A DNA stretch of 41,711 bases from a candidate division WWE3 bacterium RIFOXYB1_FULL_43_24 (GTDB lineage Bacteria; Patescibacteriota; WWE3; UBA101185; UBA10185): the NCBI GenBank assembly GCA_001773135.1, contig MEVX01000012.1, positions 1 through 41,711 of the forward strand, read 5' to 3'. Below are positions 9,000 to 17,465 of the stretch, piece after piece. Positions within the stretch are counted from its first letter, which is position 1. Each line of letters begins with the position of its first letter. The notes beneath the pieces are model-generated. The model was not told the origin of the DNA, ran no database searches, and was given only the letters and a program-made list of their open reading frames with translations. Made by a program: the position numbers and the translations under genes.

Positions 9000-9737
9000 A
9001 TGGAAAATTCTAAAAACTCAAACATTGTTCAGTTAGTGCTTGTTGCCGCGCTTGTAGGAGCCGCTTTTTATATTGGTAGTTTGTCTTCTAAAGTAGGAAA
9101 ATTGGAAGAGGCGAACAAGGGCACAGGAGTGCCTACCCAGGCTGCAGGGGAACCCGCCACATTTGATTCTGTGGCATTAGCGTCCTCTTTAGGTTTAGAC
9201 TCAGGTGCTTTCAAGACTTGCGTTGATAACCGCGATACTAAAGCTAGGGTTGAGGAAGAAGAAAAAGGTGGCCAGAGTGCGGGTGTGCAGGGAACTCCCG
9301 GTATAATCATGTTCGATACTCAGACCGGAAATTCCGTAGTTATTCCCGGAGCCGTCGATCCTACCACTATGCAGCTTTTCCTTGATAACTTATTAGCAGG
9401 AAAAGACACGACACTTGGGACACAGACAATCAAACTAGGAAAAGTTGAGAACTTGATAGCTCTAAACGATGCAGATTACGTCAGGGGTGACAAATCAGCC
9501 CGTGTATTGTTATTTGAGTACTCCGACTACGACTGTCCTTTCTGCAAGCAAGTTCATCCTACGTTACAGACTTTGTTAGATGACAACGCAGGGAAAGTTG
9601 CCTGGATATATAGGCAATTTCCGTTAGATCAATTGCACCCGACCGCCAGATCCAAATCCGAAGCTGCGCTCTGCGCAGGTAAAATCGGAGGAAACGATGC
9701 CTTCTGGGCATTTTCCGACGCTTTGGCGACACTGTAA
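9000..9737 (+). CDS. DsbA-family thiol-disulfide oxidoreductase, circularly permuted
   Basis: RBS AGGAGG before ATG 9000; N-terminal TM; GVQGTP precedes EYSDYDCPFC and FPLDQLHP. Confidence 0.88.
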   Translation: MENSKNSNIVQLVLVAALVGAAFYIGSLSSKVGKLEEANKGTGVPTQAAGEPATFDSVALASSLGLDSGAFKTCVDNRDTKARVEEEEKGGQSAGVQGTPGIIMFDTQTGNSVVIPGAVDPTTMQLFLDNLLAGKDTTLGTQTIKLGKVENLIALNDADYVRGDKSARVLLFEYSDYDCPFCKQVHPTLQTLLDDNAGKVAWIYRQFPLDQLHPTARSKSEAALCAGKIGGNDAFWAFSDALATL

Positions 9738-9751
9738 AAATATCGCTTTTC

Positions 9752-9771
9752 GCGGGGGTGAAAACCCCCGC
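9752..9771 (+). other. GC-rich intergenic hairpin with GAAA tetraloop
   Basis: GCGGGGGT-GAAA-ACCCCCGC between dsbA and VKOR; no U-tract follows. Confidence 0.6.
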
Positions 9772-9779
9772 CCGTTAAA

Positions 9780-10214
9780 ATGACCACATCAAAATACTTA
9801 TTTATTGCGAAGATTTTAGCCGCGTTGGGTATAGGGTTGGCGTTGTACCTTTATGTGAGTTATATTACCCAGCCTGTGTACAGAATTTGCACAATAAGTG
9901 ACACAATAAACTGCGATGCGGTTATCAGCGGAGAAGTATCAAAGACTTTGGGGATGCCCACAGCTTTATACGGACTCATCGGGTACACGGTAATATTGGT
10001 AGCGGCTTTTCTTGGTAAGAAAAAACTAATGTTGGGAACAGCTATTTTCGGCACCCTCTTTTGTTTGCGTATAACCTACATTGAGATTTTCCAGCTTCAA
10101 GTGATTTGCCCGGTATGTTTGCTGTGCCAGATAGATATGTTGGCATTATTAGCGGTTTCGATTTCAGTTCTTAAGAAAAAGGTTCAGGTTACTTCCGTGG
10201 CGGAACCTGTATAG
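9780..10214 (+). CDS. vitamin K epoxide reductase (VKOR) family protein
   Basis: C-x7-C loop (CTISDTINC), conserved Ser, CPVC motif, 4 TMs; next to DsbA. Confidence 0.92.
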   Translation: MTTSKYLFIAKILAALGIGLALYLYVSYITQPVYRICTISDTINCDAVISGEVSKTLGMPTALYGLIGYTVILVAAFLGKKKLMLGTAIFGTLFCLRITYIEIFQLQVICPVCLLCQIDMLALLAVSISVLKKKVQVTSVAEPV

Positions 10215-10244
10215 TAATCCCTCTTCAATTTGTATAATAGGCAT

Positions 10245-11843
10245 ATGTTCGGAAATTATCCTGTAAACGACGACTGGGTGTTTTTTTGGCAGGTAAAGGC
10301 TTTTTCGTTGGGAATTTTTAATATAAACGCCGAGCTTGATCCGTCTTTTATTGCGCAGGGTTTTTTGGGTTTACTGTGGTCAAAAATATTCGGGTTGGAT
10401 TACATTTCACTTCAAGTTCTGACATTTCTAATTTCGTTGGGAACAGCTTTTTTCGTATATAAAACTTTGCGGTTGCTCGGTTCCAGGAAGATTTTTGCCA
10501 TAGCGGGAGCGCTGACTTTATTTTTTAATCCATTGTTCTTTGTTTCTTCTTTCACTTTTATGACGGACAATTACCTTCTGTTTTTTCTGTCAGGTGCTAC
10601 CTACTTTTTTATCCGTTATTTCACAGCAGCTTCATACAGGAATTTAATAGCGGGGTCTTTCTTCGCTATGCTGGCAGCAGCGACGCGCCAAAATGGAACC
10701 CTTATATTTTTGCCGGCAACAGTATTGTGTGCAGTGCCTTTTCAAAAAGAAAAATTAAAGAAACTGTTAATACCGGTGTTTTTCTTCCTCCTTTCAATTG
10801 CTGTAGCATTTTTTTGGCCGAGGTTTGGGGCGAACAAAAGATTTTTGGAAACGGAGGATTTTGCCGGGCGTTTACAAACATTTTTATACGTTCCGCAATA
10901 TTTACTTATATTTCTTTCACCGGTTTTTCTTGGAATCAGAGGACAGTTGAATGGTCTTTGGAGAAAGGCTGTGGTCTTTGTAATAGCAGTTCCGGTTGCT
11001 TACCTTTTGTTTAAGACCGATCTTTTTCCAATGGGCAACATGCTTTACATAGAGGAGCTTTATGCTAAATCGGATTTCAGGGCGAATTTTAGTCTTTTCG
11101 ATAATATTTTTACGAAATTGTTTCTAGCGTTTGTTTGGGGATTGGGGTTTTCGAAAATTCTATTTTACTTATTGCCTAGATTTAGAAAAATTGCGGACAG
11201 GGGAAATTTGCGGAAACCGGAAGTATTTATTCTTTTTGCCGCAGCTTTAAATTTTGGCGTTTTACTGTTCTCTTCCGATATGTATGACCGATATTTACTT
11301 CCGGGGTTTCTATTTTCACTTTTATTTGTGTTTGGCAGACTTGGGGCCGGCTATCAACTTAATAAATATTGTGTTTATTTGTCTATTTTGCTACTTATGG
11401 TCATTTCGGTTGCTTTGCAGTGGGATTTTTCGGCGCGTAACAGGTTAATGTGGAAACAATTGGAGAATCTTAGGCAAAAGACAGGTATGAGTACACAGAT
11501 AGATTTTAACGATACATATATAAATCACATAACTGTGAGAGAGTCCGGCGATTTTACAGGACTTGAGTCAAGACGCGGTAGTTTTGACCCCCTGTGTTTT
11601 ATTCAGGATTACACGCTGGACAGCAGCTTCCCGTTTTCAAAGAAGGTAGAAAGCTTGGGGCGGGTTATTTCGTCTAAGGGTTTGGAAAATCCCAAACCTT
11701 TGGGTGTGCGAAAAAAGACACTCCCCAGAATTAAAAATAATTTGGACAGTTTGACGTTTAATGAGGAATATCCGTCTGTTTTGTACGGATTGGTAGGGAA
11801 GAAAGCCTATGTTGGAAGTTTCTGTGTTGAGAGCGCCGATTGA
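10245..11843 (+). CDS. GT-C fold membrane glycosyltransferase (ArnT/PMT-like)
   Basis: PVNDDW in first loop, FMTD, RQNG, YDRYLLP, multiple TMs; start 6 nt after TATAAT. Confidence 0.8.
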   Translation: MFGNYPVNDDWVFFWQVKAFSLGIFNINAELDPSFIAQGFLGLLWSKIFGLDYISLQVLTFLISLGTAFFVYKTLRLLGSRKIFAIAGALTLFFNPLFFVSSFTFMTDNYLLFFLSGATYFFIRYFTAASYRNLIAGSFFAMLAAATRQNGTLIFLPATVLCAVPFQKEKLKKLLIPVFFFLLSIAVAFFWPRFGANKRFLETEDFAGRLQTFLYVPQYLLIFLSPVFLGIRGQLNGLWRKAVVFVIAVPVAYLLFKTDLFPMGNMLYIEELYAKSDFRANFSLFDNIFTKLFLAFVWGLGFSKILFYLLPRFRKIADRGNLRKPEVFILFAAALNFGVLLFSSDMYDRYLLPGFLFSLLFVFGRLGAGYQLNKYCVYLSILLLMVISVALQWDFSARNRLMWKQLENLRQKTGMSTQIDFNDTYINHITVRESGDFTGLESRRGSFDPLCFIQDYTLDSSFPFSKKVESLGRVISSKGLENPKPLGVRKKTLPRIKNNLDSLTFNEEYPSVLYGLVGKKAYVGSFCVESAD

Positions 11844-11873
11844 TTATTTAAGGACGGCACTGTTCGTGGGTCA

Positions 11874-12079
11874 AATTTTCTATGGTTGGGGTGAATTCGC
11901 TTCGCGAAGCACTAACTTGAGAAGTGAGTGGAAGGACTCGGTCACCGGTTCGCGTCTGCTGACGCGCCCGTCGACCCCCTCTCGCTCGCCTTCGCTCGCT
12001 GCGAATCATTCTCGTCCTGCCACGAATAAAAAATTCCCGCCAGCTCGTCGCTTTGCTCCGAACTAACGGGAATTTTCTA
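11874..12079 (-). repeat. tRNA-Pro-linked structured unit ending in a duplicate of the tRNA 3' end
   Basis: AATTTTCTATGGTtGGGGTGA (11874-11894) repeats 12071-12091 with 1 mismatch; AGGACTCG also repeated; internal hairpins shared with the units at 26907 and 28305. Confidence 0.85.
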
Positions 12080-12156
12080 TGGTCGGGGTGACAGGACTCG
12101 AACCTGCGGCCTTTCGCACCCCATGCGAACGCGCTAGCCAACTGCGCCACACCCCG
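12080..12156 (-). tRNA. tRNA-Pro(GGG)
   Basis: CGGGGTG acceptor stem, anticodon arm TTCGC-ATGGGGT-GCGAA, GGTTCGAGTCC, encoded CCA. Confidence 0.97.
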
Positions 12157-12259
12157 ATACCTACGAGTCAAAATTTACCATTATTCAGACCAAAAATCCA
12201 ACATTTTAAGTAACGAAACCCCGCCTGTTAAAGAAAAAAGTAAAGGCGGCAAAACATCT

Positions 12260-12583
12260 TTAGGATTTGCCGCCTAGGGTTGTGCCGAAACGTTTCTTAA
12301 GTTCTTCAAACGCCTTGGGTTTATCCGAGGGAGTGTAAGTGGGATTTCTCTTTGGCTTTGCCAGCTTCGATTTTGAGAGAAATCCCCAGTTAATGACGAC
12401 GTTATCGGCTGTTAGTTTGTGCAACAAACGTGTCGGGTTCTTGTCCGAAGTGAAAGCGTAGTCCATATCGGTTAAGGAACCCGTGTCAACAGTTTTTGCA
12501 CCCCACCGCAGTATATGCTCGTAGGTCGAATTAACCTCGCTGCGGGTAGCCTGACTACTTAGTCTGACCCACCACCTGTACAT
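12260..12583 (-). CDS. hypothetical protein (possibly the 3' half of a frameshifted gene)
   Basis: 107-aa ORF overlapping the upstream ORF by 29 nt; no clear RBS of its own. Confidence 0.5.
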   Translation of the reverse strand: MYRWWVRLSSQATRSEVNSTYEHILRWGAKTVDTGSLTDMDYAFTSDKNPTRLLHKLTADNVVINWGFLSKSKLAKPKRNPTYTPSDKPKAFEELKKRFGTTLGGKS

Positions 12584-12797
12584 CGAACTTACTCCATTTC
12601 CGTCCGCCGAGGCGGTACTTTGAATTCACTAAGTTCTGGAGAGCTTTGTACACCTCTTTGGGTTTTTCAATCTCCGAGATGGTCACGTGGCCATCGTCTT
12701 CCAGAGTAACGAGCGCTTTTTTATCGACAGCCCACACATAAAGCGCAAGTCTTTTAACAACGGGAACAGACAAAGGTGGCCCTTTCATTTCAATCAT
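12555..12797 (-). CDS. hypothetical protein
   Basis: Strong RBS GAGGAGG upstream of ATG. Confidence 0.7.
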   Translation of the reverse strand: MIEMKGPPLSVPVVKRLALYVWAVDKKALVTLEDDGHVTISEIEKPKEVYKALQNLVNSKYRLGGRKWSKFDVQVVGQTK

Positions 12798-12866
12798 TTC
12801 TCCTCCTCTCTTCTATTTTTCGATTCTTGAACTCGAATACTACACGATAAAAGGTGGAAAATAAAA

Positions 12867-13514
12867 TCAGAGACTCTTTTTTAGTCTTAGCCGATATATT
12901 TGGCGCGGTCTTCCGAATGCCAGTTTTTTTGCCCAATTAGAGCCAATATCGGTGAGTTTCTCCTTAGGAAAAAGCTCACATTTTTCCAGTTTCAGGGTTC
13001 CCGAAAGCGTCTCAAATGCCCGTACGACGACATTTTCAATATATTCTTGGGTAAGTTCGGGAAGTTCCAGCCTGTCCGATTCGGAAGGCTCCAAATCGGG
13101 TGAATAACCGAGTATTAGTTCCAGCTCTCCGGAAACCTTTAACAGCGCCGTAATCTTGTTAATAGCTTCTTTAGACGGGTTCACTATCTGGCCTAAAAGC
13201 GACCCCCAGGGGAGGATAACGCTTACTTTATCTGCGATTTCCGTCATGGTAATAGGCAGATTTTCCAGCGAGGACGCTAGGAACACAGTATTTTCAAGCT
13301 TTTTTCTCACTGATTTTACAGAATATTCGCGGAGTTGCTTTTCTACCGGGTCGGCTCCTATATACAGCGTATTCGGGTCACGAAGGGCCGATTCATACAC
13401 AAATCTTCCATCACCCGTACCTAAGTCAATGTGCACAAACGCGTATTTGGCGGCCATTCCCCTTAGGTTTTCCACCGAAATATCAACTGTCTTATTACCT
13501 TTTACCGACTTCAT
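12867..13514 (-). CDS. 16S rRNA (adenine1408-N1)-methyltransferase, NpmA/KamB family
   Basis: HIDLGTGDG SAM motif, GADPV, ILPWGSLL and SNWAKKL (the two conserved Trp motifs); start taken at MKSVKG (13514). Confidence 0.85.
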   Translation of the reverse strand: MKSVKGNKTVDISVENLRGMAAKYAFVHIDLGTGDGRFVYESALRDPNTLYIGADPVEKQLREYSVKSVRKKLENTVFLASSLENLPITMTEIADKVSVILPWGSLLGQIVNPSKEAINKITALLKVSGELELILGYSPDLEPSESDRLELPELTQEYIENVVVRAFETLSGTLKLEKCELFPKEKLTDIGSNWAKKLAFGRPRQIYRLRLKKSL

Positions 13515-13536
13515 GCGGTAATGATAGAATAAGGCC
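13515..13536. promoter_or_regulatory. overlapping divergent -10 elements (bidirectional leaderless promoter)
   Basis: + strand TGaTAGAAT (13522-13530) lies 6 nt before GTG 13537; - strand TATCAT (13526..13521) lies 6 nt before ATG 13514. Confidence 0.6.
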
Positions 13537-14346
13537 GTGCATAAAGCAAAAAATAACATTTTAGCTGTTTGGCAGCCTGTCGGAATATCGACAAATCGCC
13601 TATCCCAGATAGTAGGTGAGCACTACGGCACACTTTCAAGCCACACAGGTACTTTGGATCCTATGGCGGAGGGAGTGGTAATAATTTTATTGGGGGACAC
13701 CCGTCTTAAAAAGTACGAATACGCGCACTGGCACAAAACCTACGAGTTTGAAATTATTTTCGGCATGTCCACGGATTCTTATGACGCGATGGGTTTTATT
13801 ACCGGAAAAAATAATCTCGTACCTTCTAAAAAGGAAATAGAAAAAATTCTACCCAACTTTAACGGACCCTATTCCCAAAATGTTCCAATGTACTCCGCGG
13901 TAAAAGTAAAAGGGAAAAAACTTTTCGAAAGGGCGCACGCCGGTGAGATTCTAGAAAACACCCCGATTAAAAAAGGAGAAATTTTAAGCATACGTTTAAA
14001 AAGATACAGTGAGGTTTCCCTTAGTAATTGCGTTGAAAATATCTTAAGAAGATTAAACTCAGTCAAAGGAAACTTCAGGCAGGAGCCGATTATTTCGCAA
14101 TGGAAAAAATTTGTGGACTCCGACTGCAAAGTTATAAAAGCAAAGTTCGAAGTAGAGATGTCGAAAGGATTGTACGTGCGTTCTTTATCTCAGGATATTA
14201 GCAGCAAGCTCGGTTGCCTGGGGTTTACACACTCAATTGTCAGAACAAGAAACGGTAATTATGGAAAAAAGGGGGCGGTAAACGTAGAGAAGTTATTTGG
14301 CTCCCGGCGCAATTTCGACAACCTTATTGCGGGAGTTAAATCCTGA
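13537..14346 (+). CDS. truB: tRNA pseudouridine(55) synthase TruB family
   Basis: HTGTLDPMAEGV (catalytic Asp), PMYSAVKVKGKKL, SKGLYVRSL. Confidence 0.9.
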   Translation: MHKAKNNILAVWQPVGISTNRLSQIVGEHYGTLSSHTGTLDPMAEGVVIILLGDTRLKKYEYAHWHKTYEFEIIFGMSTDSYDAMGFITGKNNLVPSKKEIEKILPNFNGPYSQNVPMYSAVKVKGKKLFERAHAGEILENTPIKKGEILSIRLKRYSEVSLSNCVENILRRLNSVKGNFRQEPIISQWKKFVDSDCKVIKAKFEVEMSKGLYVRSLSQDISSKLGCLGFTHSIVRTRNGNYGKKGAVNVEKLFGSRRNFDNLIAGVKS

Positions 14347-14520
14347 CACAATGCTTATCCTGCTCTTGGCAATTCCGAAGTAATCGGACAGGGCGTTTAC
14401 CAACTCGTTATTAGCCTCGTTTTCTTTTGCTATAGCTTTTACCGAGATCCTGAAAATTCCGTTAGATTGTTCGATTTTCGGCTCTTTAGCTCCCGGCTTT
14501 AAAAGTACATGAATTCTCAT
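14293..14520 (-). CDS. DUF167/YggU family protein
   Basis: KPGAK...ENEANNELVNALSDYF...IVSGFNSRNK. Confidence 0.88.
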   Translation of the reverse strand: MRIHVLLKPGAKEPKIEQSNGIFRISVKAIAKENEANNELVNALSDYFGIAKSRISIVSGFNSRNKVVEIAPGAK

Positions 14521-14587
14521 ACGTCTATTTATGATAATATATTTTGGCGTTCTTTTTTAGTTGCTGTTTATTTAATCGGAGGAATTT

Positions 14588-14950
14588 ATGAATTTAGACA
14601 TAGTTACAAAAAGACTTAAAATTATTTCGGATTTGCAGGAAGAGCTGAACGGTGTAAGAGCCGCCTATCAGGAATCGCTTGAAAATGACCCCGCTTACCA
14701 GGAATTGCAGGAAGAGGCGTCCAAGTTCAGAGAAAGCTCCAAAGATAAAAAAATTCAGGTAACTTCCAATCAGACAATGAAAGCCATGGCTGATCAGATG
14801 AAAGAGCTTAAAACAGAGATAACCGAGAATAAGGACATTTTGGGCCAGGAATTGGCTGATTACTACAAAGAGAGTGGTTCCATGGAAATTACTGATGAGG
14901 ATGGGAACGTAAAAAGGATTGTTTTTTCAGTGAAGCTCATAAACGGGTAA
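14588..14950 (+). CDS. hypothetical coiled-coil protein
   Basis: RBS GGAGG, acidic helical 120-aa ORF. Confidence 0.8.
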   Translation: MNLDIVTKRLKIISDLQEELNGVRAAYQESLENDPAYQELQEEASKFRESSKDKKIQVTSNQTMKAMADQMKELKTEITENKDILGQELADYYKESGSMEITDEDGNVKRIVFSVKLING

Positions 14951-15007
14951 TAGAGGGATAGCAAAACCTATTGCCAAACCGCCCTTTTATGAGAGAATAG
15001 CAATGTT

Positions 15008-15091
15008 ATGAGCATTAGAAAAAAGAAAAAAGACGCACAAAAGAATAAAATGATCCGAAAACATAGAAAGAAGTTCCGAAGGGTCAGCTAA
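15008..15091 (+). CDS. 27-aa basic peptide MSIRKKKKDAQKNKMIRKHRKKFRRVS (not in ORF track)
   Basis: Fills the intergenic gap exactly; preceded by TTGCCA-16 nt-GAGAAT with a TG extension. Confidence 0.5.
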   Translation: MSIRKKKKDAQKNKMIRKHRKKFRRVS

Positions 15092-15868
15092 TCACTTTTT
15101 TACTGTATTCCCGCCAAATCTTCTATCCCTGGTGTTGAAATCCTGTATGGCTTTCATTAACTCTTTTTCATCGAAATCCGGCATATGTACGTCGGCAAAG
15201 TATATCTCACTGTAAGCCGCCTGCCAGGGCAAAAAGCCGCTTAAACGTTTCTCCCCGGAGGTTCTTATTAAAAGGTCGGGATAAGGGTAAAGCTGTTCTT
15301 TAGTGTCAAAGTAGTTTTTAAGCATGTATAAGGGATATTTGTCGGCGTATTTGGCGGTGACGTTTTTGAGATCTTCTGTCTTAACCTCGCCGCTTTCTAC
15401 ATCTCCCACTACTTTCTCAACTACCCTTAAAATCTCGTCCTGACCGCCGTAGTCTATTGCCATATTAAGATCGTAGTTTGTGTAATTTTTTGTTTCCTCC
15501 TCAGCTTGTACCAGCTTATTTCTCAAAAATTCCGGGATTCTGTCTTTTCTTCCTAAATGATAAATTCTAACCCCGTATTTGTGGGCATCTTTTAAGTTTC
15601 CGCTAATGTAGCTCTCGAAGATTTTCATTAAGTAGGACACCTCTTCTTCGGAGCGGTTCCAGTTCTCAGTTGAAAACCCCCAAAAGGTTAGTGTGTGTAC
15701 GCCGAGTTCTCTGGACTTGTGCATGATATTCTTAACGGCCTCAAAACCCCGTCTATGGCCTTCGAATGGGGGCAACCCGTGTTCTTTAGCCCATCTGCGG
15801 TTACCGTCAGGGATTATAGCTATGTGGTTGGGAATATTAAGTTGTTGGACGGTTTCTTCTTTATTCAT
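15092..15868 (-). CDS. uppS: undecaprenyl diphosphate synthase
   Basis: HIAIIPDGNRRWA, FSTENWNR, YGGQDEI, IRTSGEKRLSGFLPWQ. Confidence 0.96.
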   Translation of the reverse strand: MNKEETVQQLNIPNHIAIIPDGNRRWAKEHGLPPFEGHRRGFEAVKNIMHKSRELGVHTLTFWGFSTENWNRSEEEVSYLMKIFESYISGNLKDAHKYGVRIYHLGRKDRIPEFLRNKLVQAEEETKNYTNYDLNMAIDYGGQDEILRVVEKVVGDVESGEVKTEDLKNVTAKYADKYPLYMLKNYFDTKEQLYPYPDLLIRTSGEKRLSGFLPWQAAYSEIYFADVHMPDFDEKELMKAIQDFNTRDRRFGGNTVKK

Positions 15869-15903
15869 ATCGGTTCAAAAGCTGCCGCAATCCGTCCATT
15901 TTA

Positions 15904-16386
15904 CTATATCAGTGCCTGTATGTCCCGTAGGACTTCTTCCGCATGTTCCGCAGGTTTTACGTTTTCGTATATTTTAGCTATTTTGCCGTCAGGGTCTATT
16001 AGGAAAGAGGTGCGGTGTGTTCCTAAGAAACTCTTACCCATGAAACTTTTTGTTTTCCAAACGCCGTAATCTTGAACCATCTTTTTGTCCGTGTCCGAGA
16101 GAAGTGTGAAGGGTAGGGAATGTTTCTCTCCGAACTTTTTGTGACTTTCCACGGAGTCGGTACTAACTCCGACTACAGCGGCTCCGGTTTTCTTAAATTC
16201 TCCCCAGGTATCTCTTATAACACAGGCTTCTGTAGTGCAGCCGGGTGTATTGTCCCTCGGGTAAAAATATATTAGAAGCCATTTTCCTGAGAACCCACTC
16301 AAAGTTTTGGTGTCACCGTTTTGATCAGGCAGGGAAAATTGTGGAGCCACATCACTAACATTTAATTTTTTATTTTCCTGAGTCAT
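15904..16386 (-). CDS. bcp: peroxiredoxin BCP/PrxQ
   Basis: YFYPRDNTPGCTTEAC. Confidence 0.95.
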   Translation of the reverse strand: MTQENKKLNVSDVAPQFSLPDQNGDTKTLSGFSGKWLLIYFYPRDNTPGCTTEACVIRDTWGEFKKTGAAVVGVSTDSVESHKKFGEKHSLPFTLLSDTDKKMVQDYGVWKTKSFMGKSFLGTHRTSFLIDPDGKIAKIYENVKPAEHAEEVLRDIQALI

Positions 16387-16406
16387 GTTTTTGCGTCTGC
16401 TGGATA

Positions 16407-16775
16407 TTAAAGATCCAGGTCATCCAAATCGGTTTCTTTGATGAGTGCGTCCATTTCTTCAATATCGATGTTGTCAATTTCTTCGATTTGTTCCTCAGAG
16501 GTTTTTTCGACTACAACTTCTTCCTTCTTTACCTCTTCTGTTACCGGCTGTCTCTGTATTTGCTGTTCGGGTGTTTTACCTTTTACAACGGTTTGATAAA
16601 TGAATAAGGCAATTGCTGCCAGTATTACCAGAAACCCGACAACTAAAAATATTTTTAGTCCCTTAGCTGTACTATATCTATTCAGTTCGTCTTCAACCGG
16701 TTTGGGTGTGTTCCAATCAGGCATTTGTTCTGCCTGTGGTGTCTGTTCTATTGGTGTACTAGTTTGTTCTTCCAT
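16407..16775 (-). CDS. single-TM acidic hypothetical protein
   Basis: RBS AGGAGG, one TM, acidic tail. Confidence 0.8.
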   Translation of the reverse strand: MEEQTSTPIEQTPQAEQMPDWNTPKPVEDELNRYSTAKGLKIFLVVGFLVILAAIALFIYQTVVKGKTPEQQIQRQPVTEEVKKEEVVVEKTSEEQIEEIDNIDIEEMDALIKETDLDDLDL

Positions 16776-16795
16776 ATTTTTCCTCCTTAATTAAA

Positions 16796-17458
16796 TTATT
16801 CCTGCTCCTCTTCGGTGTCTTCATCTTCAGTTTCTGTTTCATTTTCCTGCTGCTGGTTAAGTTTTTCTGTTCTTATTTCTTCTCTCATTGCTGCCAAGTC
16901 AATTTTTATATCTGTAAGGTAGAAGTCCTTAATCGCCACCATACTCACGTGAGTTGCTTCCAAATCTTCTCTGGCAGTTTTCAGAGCCTGTACGAAATTG
17001 ACATCTGAGGCTTCACAAGAAGCCGTTTTTAGCTCCTCGAGTTTGGCCAAGTAGTTGGCGTAATTAATTTTCGTTTCGGCGGTAAGCCTGTTTAGTTCGA
17101 CAATGTCTGCTTCCAAAGCGGCGATATTATCTCCACTGTAACCGTCCTCTTTCAACCTGTTTACGAGGTTTTCAAGTTTGTTTTCGAGACCCAGATATAC
17201 ACCCTGATGTCTTTTTTCTAGATTTTTATACTGTGTTATTTTCTCTGCAATTCTCTGAGTAACAAGCTCGCATCGTCTTTCCTGATTTTCTGCTCTGTTT
17301 AATTGCGCACGCGGGGTGTCCACTTTAGGAAGGGTTTCATTTTGAAGATTTTTACCCTCGTTAGCAGGCAGTACGTTTTGAGCTGCTGCGGTAATTAAAA
17401 AAGGAGAAATAAATATCAACGGAGCAATTAATAGCTTTGCTGAATTTTTAATTTTCAT
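16796..17458 (-). CDS. secreted coiled-coil hypothetical protein
   Basis: Signal peptide from MKIKN (17458; 6 nt after TATAAT), helical, two Cys. Confidence 0.8.
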   Translation of the reverse strand: MKIKNSAKLLIAPLIFISPFLITAAAQNVLPANEGKNLQNETLPKVDTPRAQLNRAENQERRCELVTQRIAEKITQYKNLEKRHQGVYLGLENKLENLVNRLKEDGYSGDNIAALEADIVELNRLTAETKINYANYLAKLEELKTASCEASDVNFVQALKTAREDLEATHVSMVAIKDFYLTDIKIDLAAMREEIRTEKLNQQQENETETEDEDTEEEQE

Positions 17459-17465
17459 AGGGTCA

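Noticed and set aside
11809-12171. ORFs 11809..12066(+) and 11848..12171(-)
   Set aside because: They run through tRNA-Pro and the GC-rich hairpin unit, and have no protein-like features.
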